Shown: positions 23,545 to 37,202 of the stretch, piece by piece
How the letters are laid out: every line of letters begins with the position of its first letter
Numbering within the stretch: the stretch's first letter is position 1
From: Cetorhinus maximus
Taxonomy: Eukaryota
Direction of reading: 5' to 3'
Assembly: GCF_964194155.1 (NCBI RefSeq)
Contig: NC_135893.1
Coordinates: 16,988,001-17,052,000, forward strand
DNA: 64,000 nt
The notes under the pieces: model-generated
What the model was told of the DNA's origin: nothing
The model's database searches: none
The model's input: the letters and a program-made list of their open reading frames with translations, nothing else
Made by a program: the position numbers and the translations under genes

Positions 23545-24150
23545 CACACAAACAAACACACGAATTAGGAGCAGGAGTCGGTCTCTCGGTCCCACGAGCC
23601 TGCTCTGCCATTCAATAAGATAACCCCACATTCCTGCCTACTGTAATAATCTTTCATCCCCTTGCTTATCGAGAATCTATCTACCTCTGCCTTAAAAATA
23701 TCCATAGACTCTACCTCCAGCATCTTTGGATGAGAGTTCCAAAGACTCATGAACCCCAGAGAAAATTCTTTTCCTCATCTGTCTTAAATGGGCAACCCCT
23801 TATTTTTAAAGAGTGACCCCCTAACTCTAGGGCAGTACCGAGGGGGTGCGGCACTCTCAGAAGTGCTATCTTTTGGATGTGACGCGGCTCCATCTGCCAC
23901 CTCACATGGAAATAAAAGATCCCATTACATAATTTCAAAGAGGAGCAGGGAAGTTCTCCCTGGCATTCTGGACTAATATTTATCCCTTGACTAACAGTAC
24001 TAAAAAAAAAAATACTGATCATTAATGAATTGCTTGTGGAACCTAGCTGTGCAGAAATTGGCTGCCACATTTCCTACATTACAGTATTGGCTGTCAAGTG
24101 CTTTGGAGCATCCAGAGGCCATGAAAGGCGCTATAGAAATGTAAATCTTT
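23545..24150. mobile_element. CR1 3' fragment (minus, ~23545-23830) abutting a Deu-domain SINE (plus, ~23830-24150)
   Basis: SLWNS.P...E.ESMDIFKAEVDRF on the minus strand. SINE core 'gcagaaattggctgccacatttcctacattaca...tgaaaggcgctatagaaatgtaa' on the plus strand. Confidence 0.75.
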
Positions 24151-25129
24151 CCCCTTTTTTTGAACATATCTGCCCGATGCTCTACAGAGTCTTAGCCAGC
24201 GGGTGGCTGCTCACAGCTGGCAAAATTCATGAAAATTAGCACCACATTTCAGAACTTCCGGATGCAGCTTAGATTCACAAAGTCAAACACAACAATTGTT
24301 TGGCCAAAAATCCCTGGTTTTCTTTGGGAATTGGCACATTCCAAGCAACATGCTCAGAATGCCACAACATCAACAGGAAAACAGAGAGTCTTATCCATAA
24401 ACGGGATTGAAATAAGAAACAGATTACACTCAACTATTCGCTCAGCGTGTGCAAGTAGGGGGAGGGGTGGGGCAGGTCTCCAATTTGAGCCCATGAGCTG
24501 ACTAAAGAGAAATTGCTACTGTTTTGTGAACAGAAATCTTAACGCTCTTTTTTGTGACATTATTGCAATGCATGTCTAGAAACTGGAGGGGCGAGGGGGC
24601 GGAGGAGGTAGTAAGTTTGTACAACAAATTCAGAGGCAATGATGCTCTTTTTAAAAGCCCTCCATCCTCCCCCAGTTGGATATTGTTGCAGAGATGTCGC
24701 CTCTGGGTGTTTCTGATGCTGACGGTGGCAGCTTCTGCCTGACCCGCTTCATTTTCACCTGGCAACAATCACAGAACCCTCTCCCCACCTCTCACTCCAC
24801 ATCATCGGTCCCTTACGCACCATGTGCAAAGCTTCAATCTTTTTCTAGCCTGTAACAAAAATCATACGCGTTTTGTTACAATTCATTGTTCGCGGGTTTA
24901 AGGATACTGACGAGGACACATAAAAGGGAAAGCACACAGCAGTGCTTCTCATCCCTTTTTCAGCCCCCTTTCCTCTCCAGTGGGCACAGAATCATTCTGG
25001 GGTACATGTTTGTAGATACCAGCTTCTCTCTGGTATCTCAATCAAGCGGCCCTGTCATCAGGCAGTGAGTGACAAACAACTGAATGGGTTTTCAGCCAAG
25101 CTCAGTTTGCCCTCATCTGAACTGCATAC

Positions 25130-25470
25130 GAACATACAATTTAGGTGCAGTAGTAGGCCATTTTGCCCCTCAAGCCTGATCTGTCATTTGATAAGATCAT
25201 GGCTGATCTGATTGTGGCCTCTACTTTCCTGTTTACCACCCCTTATACCCTTTCACTCCTTTGTCAGTCATGAATCTATCTAACTCAGCCTTAAAAATAT
25301 TCAATGACCCTGCCTCCACTTCCCTCCAGGGAAGAGAGTTCCGCAGACTAACGACCCTTGGAGAAAAAAAATTCTCATCTTCATTTTAAAAATAAGGTGT
25401 CTCCTGTTTAAGTTGTGTCCCCCAGGTCTAGTCTGTCCCATAAGGGGAAACCTCCATTCAGCATCTACAG
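25130..25470 (-). mobile_element. CR1 3' fragment
   Basis: 'catacgaacatacaatttagg...gatcatggctgatctg...gccttaaaaatattcaatgacc' is the reverse complement of a CR1 3' end. Confidence 0.75.
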
Positions 25471-26018
25471 TTACCCCCTGGTGATCAGGAGCAGGAACCC
25501 TAGCTAAATTCTGCCCTCCCTAGATGCACTGAGGCCAACTGTTCTGCCCTGATCGCCATCCCAGCTGAGGTCAGCTAATTCAGCTCAGGTAATAAAACCA
25601 TGCAGTACAGAAGGAGACATTTGACCTCTAGTACCTGTACTGTCTCTTTGAACAAGCTATCCCATTAGTCTGACTCTGCTGACACTTTGCCCATAGCCTC
25701 AGTATTTCCTCCCCCAAATATTCATCCATTTCCTTTTAGAAAATTATTATAGAATTTGCATCCACCACCCTTTCAAGGCATTGCATTCCAGATCACCAGT
25801 CAAACCTGGAACTTTCCAGGCCAGTTAATAATTGGATTAAATGCACTGAGCCATTGGTTGGAGCCTTTCACCATTATTGGAATTGAAATTGATGACACTA
25901 TCCACATTACCAGTGTGTCTTTACCAACAATCTGAGCAGGAAGAACTTTTACTTTGTTAAATCACAAAGGGACAGAGAATAAAAGATTGGGGTTTGAAAC
26001 AGGAACAGTTCAACTCAC

Positions 26019-26120
26019 TTCTTGGGGGTAGGGAATGTACCCAGCATAAACCAAGACAAAAGTACAGAACTTGTTAAAATCTTCTACCGTCCTGCACCTC
26101 TTATCTGTTGGAGTGTAATC
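26019..26120 (-). CDS. PHF13: PHF13 coding exon 2
   Basis: [34 protein letters not shown] is the conserved PHF13/PHF23 N-terminal block. Boundaries ctctccccag| and |gtgagt, 102 nt. Confidence 0.95.
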
Positions 26121-28367
26121 CTGGGGAGAGTGGAGAGAGAGAGACAAGGTTAGAAATAAATCTATGCAATCAGTACTGACACACTAACAGATCACACCCT
26201 GGCTCTGCACTGGTAATCATGTATGTTAACATGGTTAAATGTTTCCATTTGTTTTCTTCCTTTATCACTAATATCTCAAACCTTCAACATCGAAACAAAG
26301 TCTTGTTCAAAATCAGCCACAGCCATTATCTAGTGGTAAAGTAGTGGTTTACAGGGATAGTGCGACTGAGGGAGAGGTACAATTCTTGCTTTGTGTCATC
26401 CCCAGTGATATTTAAAAGTGGGTGAAGTTTTCATGCTATTGTCAGCTAAGTAACGCTGGGATACAGTATTGGTGGGTACAAGTCTGTCACTGGATGTGAA
26501 CGGAAGACGCTCGCTCCTGTGTGTGAAGCTGATTTACTATGTTAATGGTGCTATATAAATGCAAGTTGTTGCCGCCTAACAGTGGATCCAGCTCGTGGAT
26601 CTGCCACTGATAGTGAGACAGCAACTGAGGCAGAGATTCATGATATTTTTTCCCCTTTTAACCATTGACACTACAGATCACAGGTGGCAAGAACATGTTT
26701 ATAGTCACAGCACTTAACTGGAATAATATGCATGCATGTTACTTTGTATGGCTTAAGTTTTGCAAAGATCTGGGCAACATCTTTCATCAACATCTTATAA
26801 AAAAACTAATTAGACAATCATTTTTTTGTCATTGGTGCTCACAAAACGATACTGAACAAAAAGTGATTGTGTACGAAAAGGTAACTCACGGTGTAATTAA
26901 TTTGTACACGAGGCACACAACAGCCTAGCTGCCTGAACCTCTCTCTGCCCCCCTGATTTTTCCTGACACTACTTGGGACCTGCTCCCCCCCAGCCACCCA
27001 CCCCGCGAGCCCGATTAAACTTCAGGCACCCAGTCTCCAGAATTATTGTACTCCATCCTGTCACAGTATCACATTCTCTCCCCTCGGGTGTCTAATAAAC
27101 TGCCTCACAATAATGTTAAAATGACGGGAATGGGATTAATGCTGGGGATCTCGGGGTGGGGGGAGGGAGGAGGGGTACAGGTTCAAGTCTGACGGTATGG
27201 AACAGTTGACCTCTGCCGTCTAAACCCCCATAGGTTCAGCCATGAACCAGGTTAACCAGCTCCCAATCCCTTCCAGTGAAATCGTTCATTTCGTCCATTT
27301 GAAAAATGTCACCAATTTTCGATACAGCTCAGTCTCGACAATCAGTATAGTTCCACAGATCAAAAGCCAGGACCCGCTGTGGCAGCCGACCATCCCGATG
27401 ATATACATTTCAAATCTTAACGCTTGCCCAAGGTTGACCGGCTTGCTGTTAAACGTTCAGTTTTATATCTCTCACAGGGAATCCACAAGCCAACAGGAGG
27501 GGGGTCCCTCTACCCATAATACAACATCTCCGAGTGACTGTACAAATACACCATTTAACAAAGGGTCTGATTCATTCGTGTACATTTCATACAATTTACC
27601 ACCAGGTAAACCTTTTCATTTGACCATAAATTAAGAGGCCGCCTCGGGGGACACATCCGAGTGGAGGAAGGTTTTTAAAATGTGGTTGTTTTTTTAAAAA
27701 AAAGTAGGAAGCTTCTGGATTAGTAAAATCCAGGCGTGGGATCAGAGTCCTGGACTGGGCTGGTGGGGGTTGGGGTGTGTGTGTGTGTGTGTGTAGAAGG
27801 GAGGTCACATGCAGGACGATTAACTAGGAAAATGAAATTATTATTTGAGAAAGGAGGGAAGGACAGAAAAAGGGACGGGTCAGAGGCAAGATGGCGAATA
27901 TTCATCATTAAAAAAAAAACACACACACACACCGGGATTGGCGATCTCGGGGGGGACAGACAGGCAGCAGACACTTGGAGGGGAGGGAATTTACAAAAAA
28001 AAGGACAGCACTGATTTAAAAGGGAAATGTCCCCCTCCCGCGACAATAAATCCCTAACTTCAGCTGGAACCATATAGCAAGGCGGCGAGAGACAGATTTA
28101 TACAAAGCTATCCGCTCCCAATTAATAAAAGAGGGGGGGTGGGGGGGTTTGAAAAATATATACATGCTAAATTGACAAGATGGCGCAACGTAACTGTACT
28201 ATAATCAGAAACCTGTGGGTATGACATCGATCCGACTGAAGACCTGAAATCGATCATCATTCTAAAAGAGAGATTTCTTACAAGAAATCAAACATTAAAT
28301 CCCAGCTCCGGGCAGATCCCACAACCTCTGCCGTTCACGTCTTCAAAAATTAATGTTATAGAATTAC

Positions 28368-28403
28368 CTCCGAGTCGAAAGTTGAAGGCGATGCAGAATC
28401 CAT
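28368..28403 (-). CDS. PHF13: PHF13 coding exon 1 (MDSASPSTFDSE)
   Basis: ATG at 28403, donor GAG|gtaatt, phase 0. Resembles the PHF13 start MDS......F..E. Confidence 0.8.
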
Positions 28404-28449
28404 GTCTGTAATGAAAAAAGAAAATTAATTAGAGTTTTCCCTCTCCCGA

Positions 28450-28620
28450 GGAGGTGGGGGGTTGGGGGGTGGAGGGGGGTTGGGGGGGGGTGGGGGGGGG
28501 GGGGTTAGGGGGGTGGAGGGGGGGGTTAGGGGGGTGTGGGGTTGGGGGGGGTGGGGGGGGGGGTTAGGGGGGTGTGGGGTTGGGGGGGTGGGGGGGTGGG
28601 GGGGTGGAGGGGGGATTTGG
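28450..28620 (+). repeat. G-rich low-complexity minisatellite with G-quadruplex potential
   Basis: About 170 bp of G4-G14 runs separated by t, tt, tta, tgt or a. Contains three GGGTTAGGG. Confidence 0.9.
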
Positions 28621-31600
28621 GAGAGAGAGAAAACGCCGAGAGGGCTAAGCTGGAGCAGTTGAGGGTGTCGGGACAAATCGCCATGGAGAATAAGGGGACA
28701 GGTCAAACTTAAAAGTTACCCGAATGCCCCCCATCCTCCCTTCTCCCCTGTTCTTTCCCCCCCCCCTCTCCGCCCGGGTAAATGTATAAAGATCGCCTCG
28801 ATGTGAAATGGGAATGGAATTGGTTTGGGAGCTTTTTATGTTTATTTCGCAAGGCTGATCGTTTACAACCAGAAGCAACGGGGTGGGGGGAGGAAGAGAG
28901 AGAAACCTCCCGATTTAAACATAAGGGGAGGGGAGGGGAGGAGGGGGGAAAAAAAGTGTTTCCAGACGATTGAAATAATAAACTGGCGACTGATACTCCG
29001 CATCGATATTGCCATCGCTCCCTGGATCCCAGAAATTAACACGCAAGGCGCCGAACCCGCCTCAGATTAACCTAAAAGGACAGAATTCCCCCCAAATAAA
29101 ACCTACGCCTGCTAAGTCTGTCTGCGATTTATCCGAATTAAAAGCTCCTCCGAGGGCAGACGAAGAAAGTTACGAATCGTTTAGACGTAGCATTTAAAAG
29201 GAAGAGAGAGGAGAGAGAGAGAGAGAGAAAAGCAGGGATCCGGAGCCCACCTTGGAAAGAATCTCTGGTGACACGATTTGTCATTTTGAATAAAAGGTTC
29301 TCCCACATTCGAGGCTTGACTGTAACGGTATTCCTCCAGATTTTAATCGGTTTCCAGAAAGAAAATAATAATTAAAAATAAATTGATACCTTTTCCCCCC
29401 CGCCGAATGATACAATGTAACAAAATCCTGATGTCAACCCTTAATCTTCATGTAAATGAGGTTCCTTCCATCAACCTCGCAGCCTGGGGGGGAGGGGGTG
29501 TGTGGAGGGAGGGAGGGAGGGAGAGCACGCCAATTAATCTTCTTAACACCGTAATTTTAAAAAAAAACAAAACAACTTTCCTATCACACACACTAATGAT
29601 TAATCAGTATTTTTTGTTGCCATTTTGTAAACGTTTGTTATTGCCTGGCTAATGGTTTTAGTTCAATCTCAAGTGTCTCTCCCCCCTACCTCTCCCTCTG
29701 AGTGTGTTGCTGTCCAACCCAACCCCCTGAAATAGTTGCAAGCAGGAATTTGCAAGAAGTTTTTTTTTTACCCTTATCTCCAAATTCACTCCTGAAGTGC
29801 ACGGAGGGAGATGGGGAGCTCGCACGGGCGGCTGTTGTGAGTAGATTCCCGGTGAGTGCAGCTGATTCTGCTGCTAGTTTATTTATTTATTTATTATTTT
29901 TTTTGTGTGTGTTTCCTTTCTCCGGACCCTCCCTCTTATTTTCAAGGGCCGGTTGGGGTGGGGAGTGGAGACAGATCCCAGACAGCGTCAGGAAATGGAC
30001 CCGTGTCAGTTCCACCGTCTCTTCAGTCTTCTCCCAACCAACCGACCCCACACATTCCCCCTCCAGCCTTGTAGCGGAAGGTTAATCGGGGAATTTTGTG
30101 TCTTCCTACTGCATGGTCCCTCCCCTTCTTATTTTAAAAAAAACACGGGCTCTTTCTAGGCGTTGTATTTATTTTTCTAAAGGAATCGGGAGTCGAGCCT
30201 TTCGCAGCGACAAAAGGTTTTCAATGGGTGTAGCTGGGGTCGTTGTCTCCAGCCCCTTTTTATTGTGTATCTACGATTTGCACGTGTCGGGGAGTCTGGG
30301 AGTGGGAATTTCAGCCTCTATGGGGCCCACGTCACCAGTTTTCACTCTCACTCACTCTCTCTCTCTCTCTGCCTTATTCACTCCCGCACACGAATGGGGA
30401 ACTATTTTTGGCTTTTAATTAACCAGATCTTTATGAAAGTAGACACCTTTGTGGTTAAACGCTACAGCGCTCTGTGCGATTTGTTCATAACCGTGTGAGG
30501 CATAAAATATTTTCCAGTTTAAATTAATGGTACAAAATAATGATTGTTTTTCACAATCGTTTTCATCAATATTCGACAGTTACATGGGATTTTGGCGGGT
30601 TTATATATAGAATAACGGAAACCCAGCACTCAGTAGTGGAATCTAGTCGAAGCGTTCAGTGTGTATGTTTAGAATAAGTGATACCCGGAGTGTGAGTTTA
30701 TAAGGCTGAGATTTAATCGACGGGTTCAGGTAGGTTTATATACATCAACCACTTTTAAGTAAGTGATTAGACCGTTGAAAATTTTCTTTACACGGACGCT
30801 TGTTGGAACAAGGAATGCTTTTGAGTTTTTTTTGAGGCAGACATAATTGAAGCGCCTTGAGATATTTTCTCTCCTTTTTTAAAATACTAAATTAATGCAA
30901 GGTCTCGTCGTTAATGGATAACAAGAGAAATGTATGATGTCGAGGAAGATTCAGGGTTTGAAAGTGGGATTAGTTAGAATCAATTTGGATTGCTAAAGTG
31001 GAAAACCAGCCCAGACAACAGGCTGAGTGGCCTCTTGGCCAGTAACCTTTTATGGTTTAATTGTGGTTGTTCTTCATCTCACTTCATGGGTTTATTCCTG
31101 AGTCATTTATTTTGAAGATGATTCTTCCATTTTTGCATTGAGGGCTTTCACCTGTTATATATTTTAACTTGTGTGATGACCTAGTTAGGGACTGGTTAAC
31201 ATTTATTAAAGACATCTGAACAACCAATTAACTGACATAACTACATCCCAAGATTAAAATGTTAAACAAAATAAACTTTATTGTATATATTTAAAAAAAA
31301 TAACAAAGTAAGTACTACTAACAACACTATAGCTTATAAAGGTGTAGGTCTGGCTTTATCTCTTGGCTTCCAAGGAGCTACAAACTACATAGTCTCTTAG
31401 CTGCTTTTCCAAACATCAACCAATTTTGCCTGCTGGCTATGCTCTACATGAATTCAGAGATTACTCAAACCAAAGAACCCTACTAAGATCCACCCATCTC
31501 CATGGCAATGTGACAAAGCTTATGACTTAATAACACTTAATATGACTTGTTCCCAGGCAGAAATGCAAATTAAACTATCTTTTAATTCCAAAACTTTTCT

Positions 31601-33350
31601 TAATTCTGGGAAACCACAAGAATAACTTACCCTTTACTGGAATAACTGCAAATGTCATGTCTCCAATTCTTTAGCTAAATAAGCTCATCTGCTGACCTGT
31701 TTATGATCTTGCCTTTCTTGCTGTTGACCTCTTAAATCAACATGGCCCAGCCTTTTAAGCGTAATAAACTCCAAGCTTATTTGAATTGTGTTTACTTCAG
31801 GGTTGCTTTTACTCATTTCTCAATCAGATAACTTTTAATTTTAGTAATTAAAATTTTAACTGTAGAAAATGGGTTATGTTCTAAAACAGGAATTATGAAC
31901 TAGATATTTGCAACATGAAGTAATCTTTCAGTGCAAATATTATGTAATTTAAATCTTTCACAGGTCTGTTTTTGGAATGGTTGTCATTCAGTGTCTAATG
32001 TAAACCTGTCACTTCAGGGTATGTAATTTAAAGCAACAGAATCACTCATTTTGGAGTCTACAGAGAAACTTTTGTAGCAACAGAAAAACTGGAGCCACAA
32101 TACCTGCAGTCTCTTAATTCATATGTGGACAAACTCACCCAATGTTAACAAAGTTTAATCATCTGTAGTTTTAAAGAAGCACATACTTGTATTTTAGCAA
32201 CAGAATATTGTGTTTTGCAAGAACATCCCTCTTTGCAATAATATAAAAACGGTCAGAAAGCCAGTCATTTATCAGGAATTTTAAAGGTTACAAGTGTCCT
32301 CTACATTTCTCTGATTGGTGAGGATGGCGCCTGTCACTAATCTAAATCAAATTAACAAAAAGTGCTCCCTTTTTTTTCAAGGAACACCAATAATAAAATC
32401 AAATTTTTAAATTTAAAAAACAAAGGAAACTTATCAAGTTAAATCATAATGTTATTTGGTGTTCACCACAATTCGGCCCCATCAATCAATGAAGGTTTCG
32501 ACTGTACCAGCAGACACTGCCTGCTCCCTCTCCTGGGATGCCTGGGTGTGGACATAGCTGTAGAAAAGAGGTAGGCAGTGACGAGTGTCCTCTAAGAGGT
32601 CAATAGGTAGCTACAATTCCCTGGATTTGACTTTCCAATAATAGAATAGGCTAGGTCTCCACCAGGCATCTGACATCCCTGTGAGCAATGCCACAGGAGA
32701 TAAGCCAATATACTATGTGTTTAATGATCTACCTTGAGCTGTATCTACATGCGCACACTCTTCCTGCAACAAGGAGCTAATGACTGCATTGTCTGAGTGG
32801 TGACGTAGCGCAGTCGCTGCTCCCAGTCAGTCTATTAGTACAGGCGTAAAAAGAAATGCTACAAATGGTAATACCTGGACACCCGAAAGCAGAAAAACCT
32901 GTTTCTTGTTAAATCTGGGGAGCGAAACCTCAGTGAGTACGTTTGCAATTCTGAGCTTGGTCCTTGTGCCCCTCTCATTCCAAAGATGGTTCCTCACAGA
33001 TGGTGTGTGTTATGCAAATCAGAGGAGATGAGCTGTTATTAATTTTATAATGATGGACCCACACTGAACTCTTCAGTCAATCAGAATGCAATCAGTTTTT
33101 TAATTCTGTTTATTTTCTCTTGGGTTAGTGACCTTCACCATTGGTTGCTTAATGAAAAGTGCAAGCTGTCAGTTTCGCTGATGGCAAGGTGGGTAATTGC
33201 ATCTTGGGGATTTGGTACTGAGCGATATTACATTAGTTTAAGAAACAACCCAATCACCACCACTTCAAATCCCTTGCATCCCGGGCAACGCTTTTCTGGT
33301 CTTGTCAATAACACCCAAATCCCCAGAATTAATTTGTTTTAAAAAGACCA

Positions 33351-34032
33351 GGGCCGGGATTTCATGGAGCCCACTGGAGCAGGCAAGGTGGTGGGTGGCC
33401 CCACGCAATCGGGGGAGGCCTTGTAGCCCTTTCCTGCCAGTGGGAAAACAGCCCGTTTAGTCAGTTAATGGGAATTTGCCCAATGCAGCGAATCTGCCCA
33501 CTGGCTAATTAGGTTCATTATTGAGCCACTTAAAGGCCATTACCCCTGAGTCCACCAGGACCTATTGGTGGCTCAGGGATTCTCTCAAACACATGTGGTG
33601 CCTTCAGAAAGCTACCCAACAAACCCTGTTGGCTTGGCCAGCAGCCTCCCGGGGTGGGGTGGGTGGCAGTGGGGGTCTTTTTTTAAAGGCACTTAGCGCC
33701 CAATCAAGGGACCCGACGTGGGGGAGAAGGGAGAGGGGTGGCTGCTGAGAGCCACCCCAACCCTTGCATTCAACCCCCTCCCTGCGACACCCATCCGTCA
33801 ACACTCGCCTGTCTCCAGATATCCAGCGACGGTCCCTGGTGAAGGCGTTTTTTAGCCGGCAGGCTCTTGGGGGCGATATTTCTGCCCTACTGGGGACTTA
33901 ATTCTGTTGGTGGCTCGATCTGTCCATTTAAGTGCCTGATTGCACTTTAGTACCAGCAGGCAGCCCTTGGAGAGGTGACATGGGTTTCCCACTGGTGGGC
34001 TGAACCCGTATCACCTACACTAAATTCCACCC
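33351..34032. mobile_element. Possible non-autonomous DNA transposon (MITE-like)
   Basis: GC-rich block bounded by imperfect inverted ends gggccgggattt ... aaattccaccc. No coding capacity and no clear TSD. Confidence 0.35.
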
Positions 34033-34224
34033 AGAAGATTCTAGGTTTGGCACTGTTTAAGTGGGTTGGGGGTTGGGTGGTGGTGTGAGCTGAAAAATCA
34101 GTCATTTCTGCATCTCCTGACTACCATATGACTCTCTGGGAGGGGCACTGCTGGGCATTGGGTGAGGTCAGGATTATTGGCTGTGATGCCACTTGTAGCC
34201 AAGTAGCCAGCCAACACAACCACA

Positions 34225-34455
34225 ACTTGGATTTGTATAATGCCTTTAACCAAGTAAAACATCTCGAGCCAATTCAAGGAATGATTGTCAAATAAAATTT
34301 GACACCGAGTCACATAAGGAGATATTAGGATAGGTGACCAACAGCCAGAGAAGTAGGCTGTTTTAAAAGTAGAGTGTTTTACAGGAGAATGGGGCTGAAA
34401 GGGTTAGGAAGGAATTTGAGAGCTTGTGGCCCAGGCAGCTAAAGGCACAGTGCTG
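34225..34455 (-). mobile_element. L2 LINE 3' fragment
   Basis: Reverse-complement similarity to 1620-1857. Confidence 0.7.
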
Positions 34456-37063
34456 AGGTGATGAAAATCTCTCTGCCTGGGCTGAAATTGCTGTATGACC
34501 ACTTTGCAAATCTGAGTGTATGTATTTCTTGGCAATGTCAGGTGGAAAAGAGAGAACATAGGGATGGGGAAAAAAACTCCAGCAACTCCTTGCCACTATT
34601 ATGATGGTGCCGAGCAACGCAGTATCCAATGAGGTTATGATGCTAGACCAAGGATCAGTTAGACAGGGTTTTAATTTCCAATTGTCATGAGTAACTGAGT
34701 TATTCCATTGTGTGATCTATCATTTAATCCTGTACCTGGTGTCCAACACACATCTGACTGGCACAGATGTAAAACCATTTTTTACAAAAAATATTCTGCT
34801 GCCTGAAATTTATAAGGAACTGCAAATTGACCTTGTCACACCATAATGCCAATGATTTCCTGTACATGCCTTGTTGGAATTGGCCTCAGAGACAGAGCAA
34901 GTTAACAACTGCAGCCCAGACTACATATAAGCTACATCATGGGGATCAGTTAGTCCTATGTAAAACACATTTGGTATAATACTCTATATCAAATAACACA
35001 CTTGTGTTCATCTGCCTGTTTATCTGGGTATATCTATCCACGTGCATGTGTTACTGTGTATATCTGTGTGTATTACTCTGTGTATCTATCGGGTGGGCAT
35101 GTTATTGCATATGCTTTTAACACTGGGTTATGATTTCAGTGATTGGTCCTCCTCTTTCACCTTACTCGGTGAGTGTAAGTAGAGCTGTTCCATCATGGTG
35201 TGTGGGCATTAGCTGAGCCTGATCTTGTCCTCACCTGAAGTATACAAACACTTTCCAGCTGGGGTCACTGCATAGTGAGCAGGAGCCCTTACTGATTTAC
35301 CCCTTTGTAACCCAGGAGTGCTGAACTATCTCAAACTGAGATTAGCTAACTGAACATAGACTGGGACCTTCTTTCTCTGTTTGGCACACTTACTACCTGA
35401 ATCAGATGAGTCTCAGAAAAAGCCTCTTGCAAAAAAAACCTACAGGGAGTGAATAAGAAACTTGTGCATTGGTTTTAAAGTCTACCTTTTGTCAGTTTAT
35501 TTTGCCTCATTTGTACATGTGGAAATGCAATAACAACTTGAATTTCTGTAACACCTTTTAATGCAGTTAAAAGCCCCAAGGGGCTTCACAGGAATGTTAT
35601 TGATGCAGAGTTAAGTGCTGATATGATGTGTGTTGCAGCATCAGCTTTGAAGAGTATAAATCGCATCTGTCAGGGACACTGGATGTAAGAAGCTGTCATT
35701 TCCTCATGTCCTGTATAGGCTGAGTGCTTGGATTACCCTGTGCAGACTAGTGCTGCGTTTTTGCTTTACAATGGTTGTCTGAGTAAACCTAACAGCAAGG
35801 GCTGTTCTCAGTCCGAAACTTTGTAAATCACAATTCTTGTTTGAAATGGTTGTGCATTTGCAGTCATTTCCCTTTTGTGCTGATGCTCTTTCCTGAAATC
35901 TTTCCCAAGGATCCCTGCACTAGAACATACCACAAGGCAGGCCTTATGTTGCTTGGGAAACTATTTTTTAATATTGGGAAACTTAGGTCAAGGCTGAAGG
36001 CCCAGAACTGCACCAAGTTGGGAAAGGAGGGGAGATAAATTGAGTAGTGACTGTGATGCCAAGCTTGGATCTTTAAAGCTTATGGATTGTAAGAGGAATG
36101 AAGACTGGGTGAAGTGAGGAGCTCTGCAGTTCCAAAGTCACAGGAAACAATAATTTGGGGAAGAAGAGAGTGTGAGGTGCCCTGAGTTTAATATAGCAAG
36201 GATGCAGGGAAGTGGGTGTAGGATGAGGTATAAGGAAATTAAGAAGAGGAATCAGAGGGTCATTGCCCATAAAAGAATTGTGGAGTTGGAGAGAAGGGTT
36301 TAAGCTTCACACTGAGGCCAGCCAAGTCTGTGACTGACACCATGTGGCGCAGTGAATTCTCTGTCTGGGATTATGGACCAGTCTCCTAGCAATAGGCTAT
36401 GATCTTTTGAGTTTTTTGTGTGCTGGTATTCAGAGCCCTTTTGTAAGTTTGTTATTAATGGAGGGGCATGGGCTGATTGAGTTGGGGAGGAGGACTGTTA
36501 TTTTGCGATTGAAAGTTTGGGGTTAATGACCATTTAACTAGTGTCTTCTATTGACTCAGAGAATGGAAATGATATTCATACAAATCAAGCCACATTATCC
36601 CTATCAGATGCTGCTAACTTCCAACCACCAGAACACAGCCTGGTGCAGCAGCACCCACACAACATGTCTTAAGTAGGAAATAAATATTTCAAGGGGTCAA
36701 GTTTCTGTATGATTTCTTCTCAGATAACATTCTGGGCAGAATGAAATAAAGATTGTGGAGTAATGAGCATAAATGAGTTACACGTTTTAAATGAGTATCC
36801 AAGATATTTCACATTGGTTCAAAAGTCCATCCATCTCCCCAAAACTGTCCACATCCCATTTTGAATGGTGAGTTTCCATCTATTGAGCCCAGATTCTCAG
36901 CTGCATAGACACCCATGATAACATGAATCCTGTGTTTAATTACATGTACCAGCCTGACCTGTTATGTTTCTGTTTCTGCTGCTGTTGCTGTTAGCCAAAT
37001 TTAAACTAAGTTTGAAGAACTAAATTTCATCAATTACAGCAGAGCAGGATGCACCTGTATCAA

Positions 37064-37202
37064 GATAAAAACAGAGTACTGCAGATGCTGAAAATCTAAG
37101 ACAAAAACAGAAAACGCTGGAAAAACTCAGCAGGTCTAACAGCATCTGTGGAGAAAAAAAAAACAGTTAACATTTCGAGTCTATATGACTCTTCTTCAAA
37201 GC
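37064..37202 (-). mobile_element. Short Penelope-derived hammerhead-bearing insert with a 14-bp TSD
   Basis: Minus strand TTGAAGAAGAGTCATATAGACTCGAAATGTTAAC. Flanks tgcacctgtatcaa (37050-37063) and tgcacctgtaacaa (37203-37216). Confidence 0.8.

Larger units (their letters stand above)
27640..30500. promoter_or_regulatory. CpG-rich promoter and first-intron region of PHF13, possibly bidirectional with KLHL21
   Basis: CpG strongly retained relative to the flanks and free of transposon fragments. YY1-like CAAGATGGCG at 27887 and 28176. GA and GT microsatellites. Confidence 0.65.

Noticed and set aside
27775-27932. (GT)n and (AC)n tracts ~130 bp apart that could pair
   Set aside because: Short common microsatellites whose pairing is plausible by chance.
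28500-28570. Interstitial telomeric repeat
   Set aside because: Only three isolated TTAGGG units inside a G-run minisatellite, not a tandem (TTAGGG)n array.
31172-31962. Possible solo LTR (TGTGA...TCACA ends, internal AATAAA on minus)
   Set aside because: No target-site duplication and no second copy in the window, so it cannot be supported.
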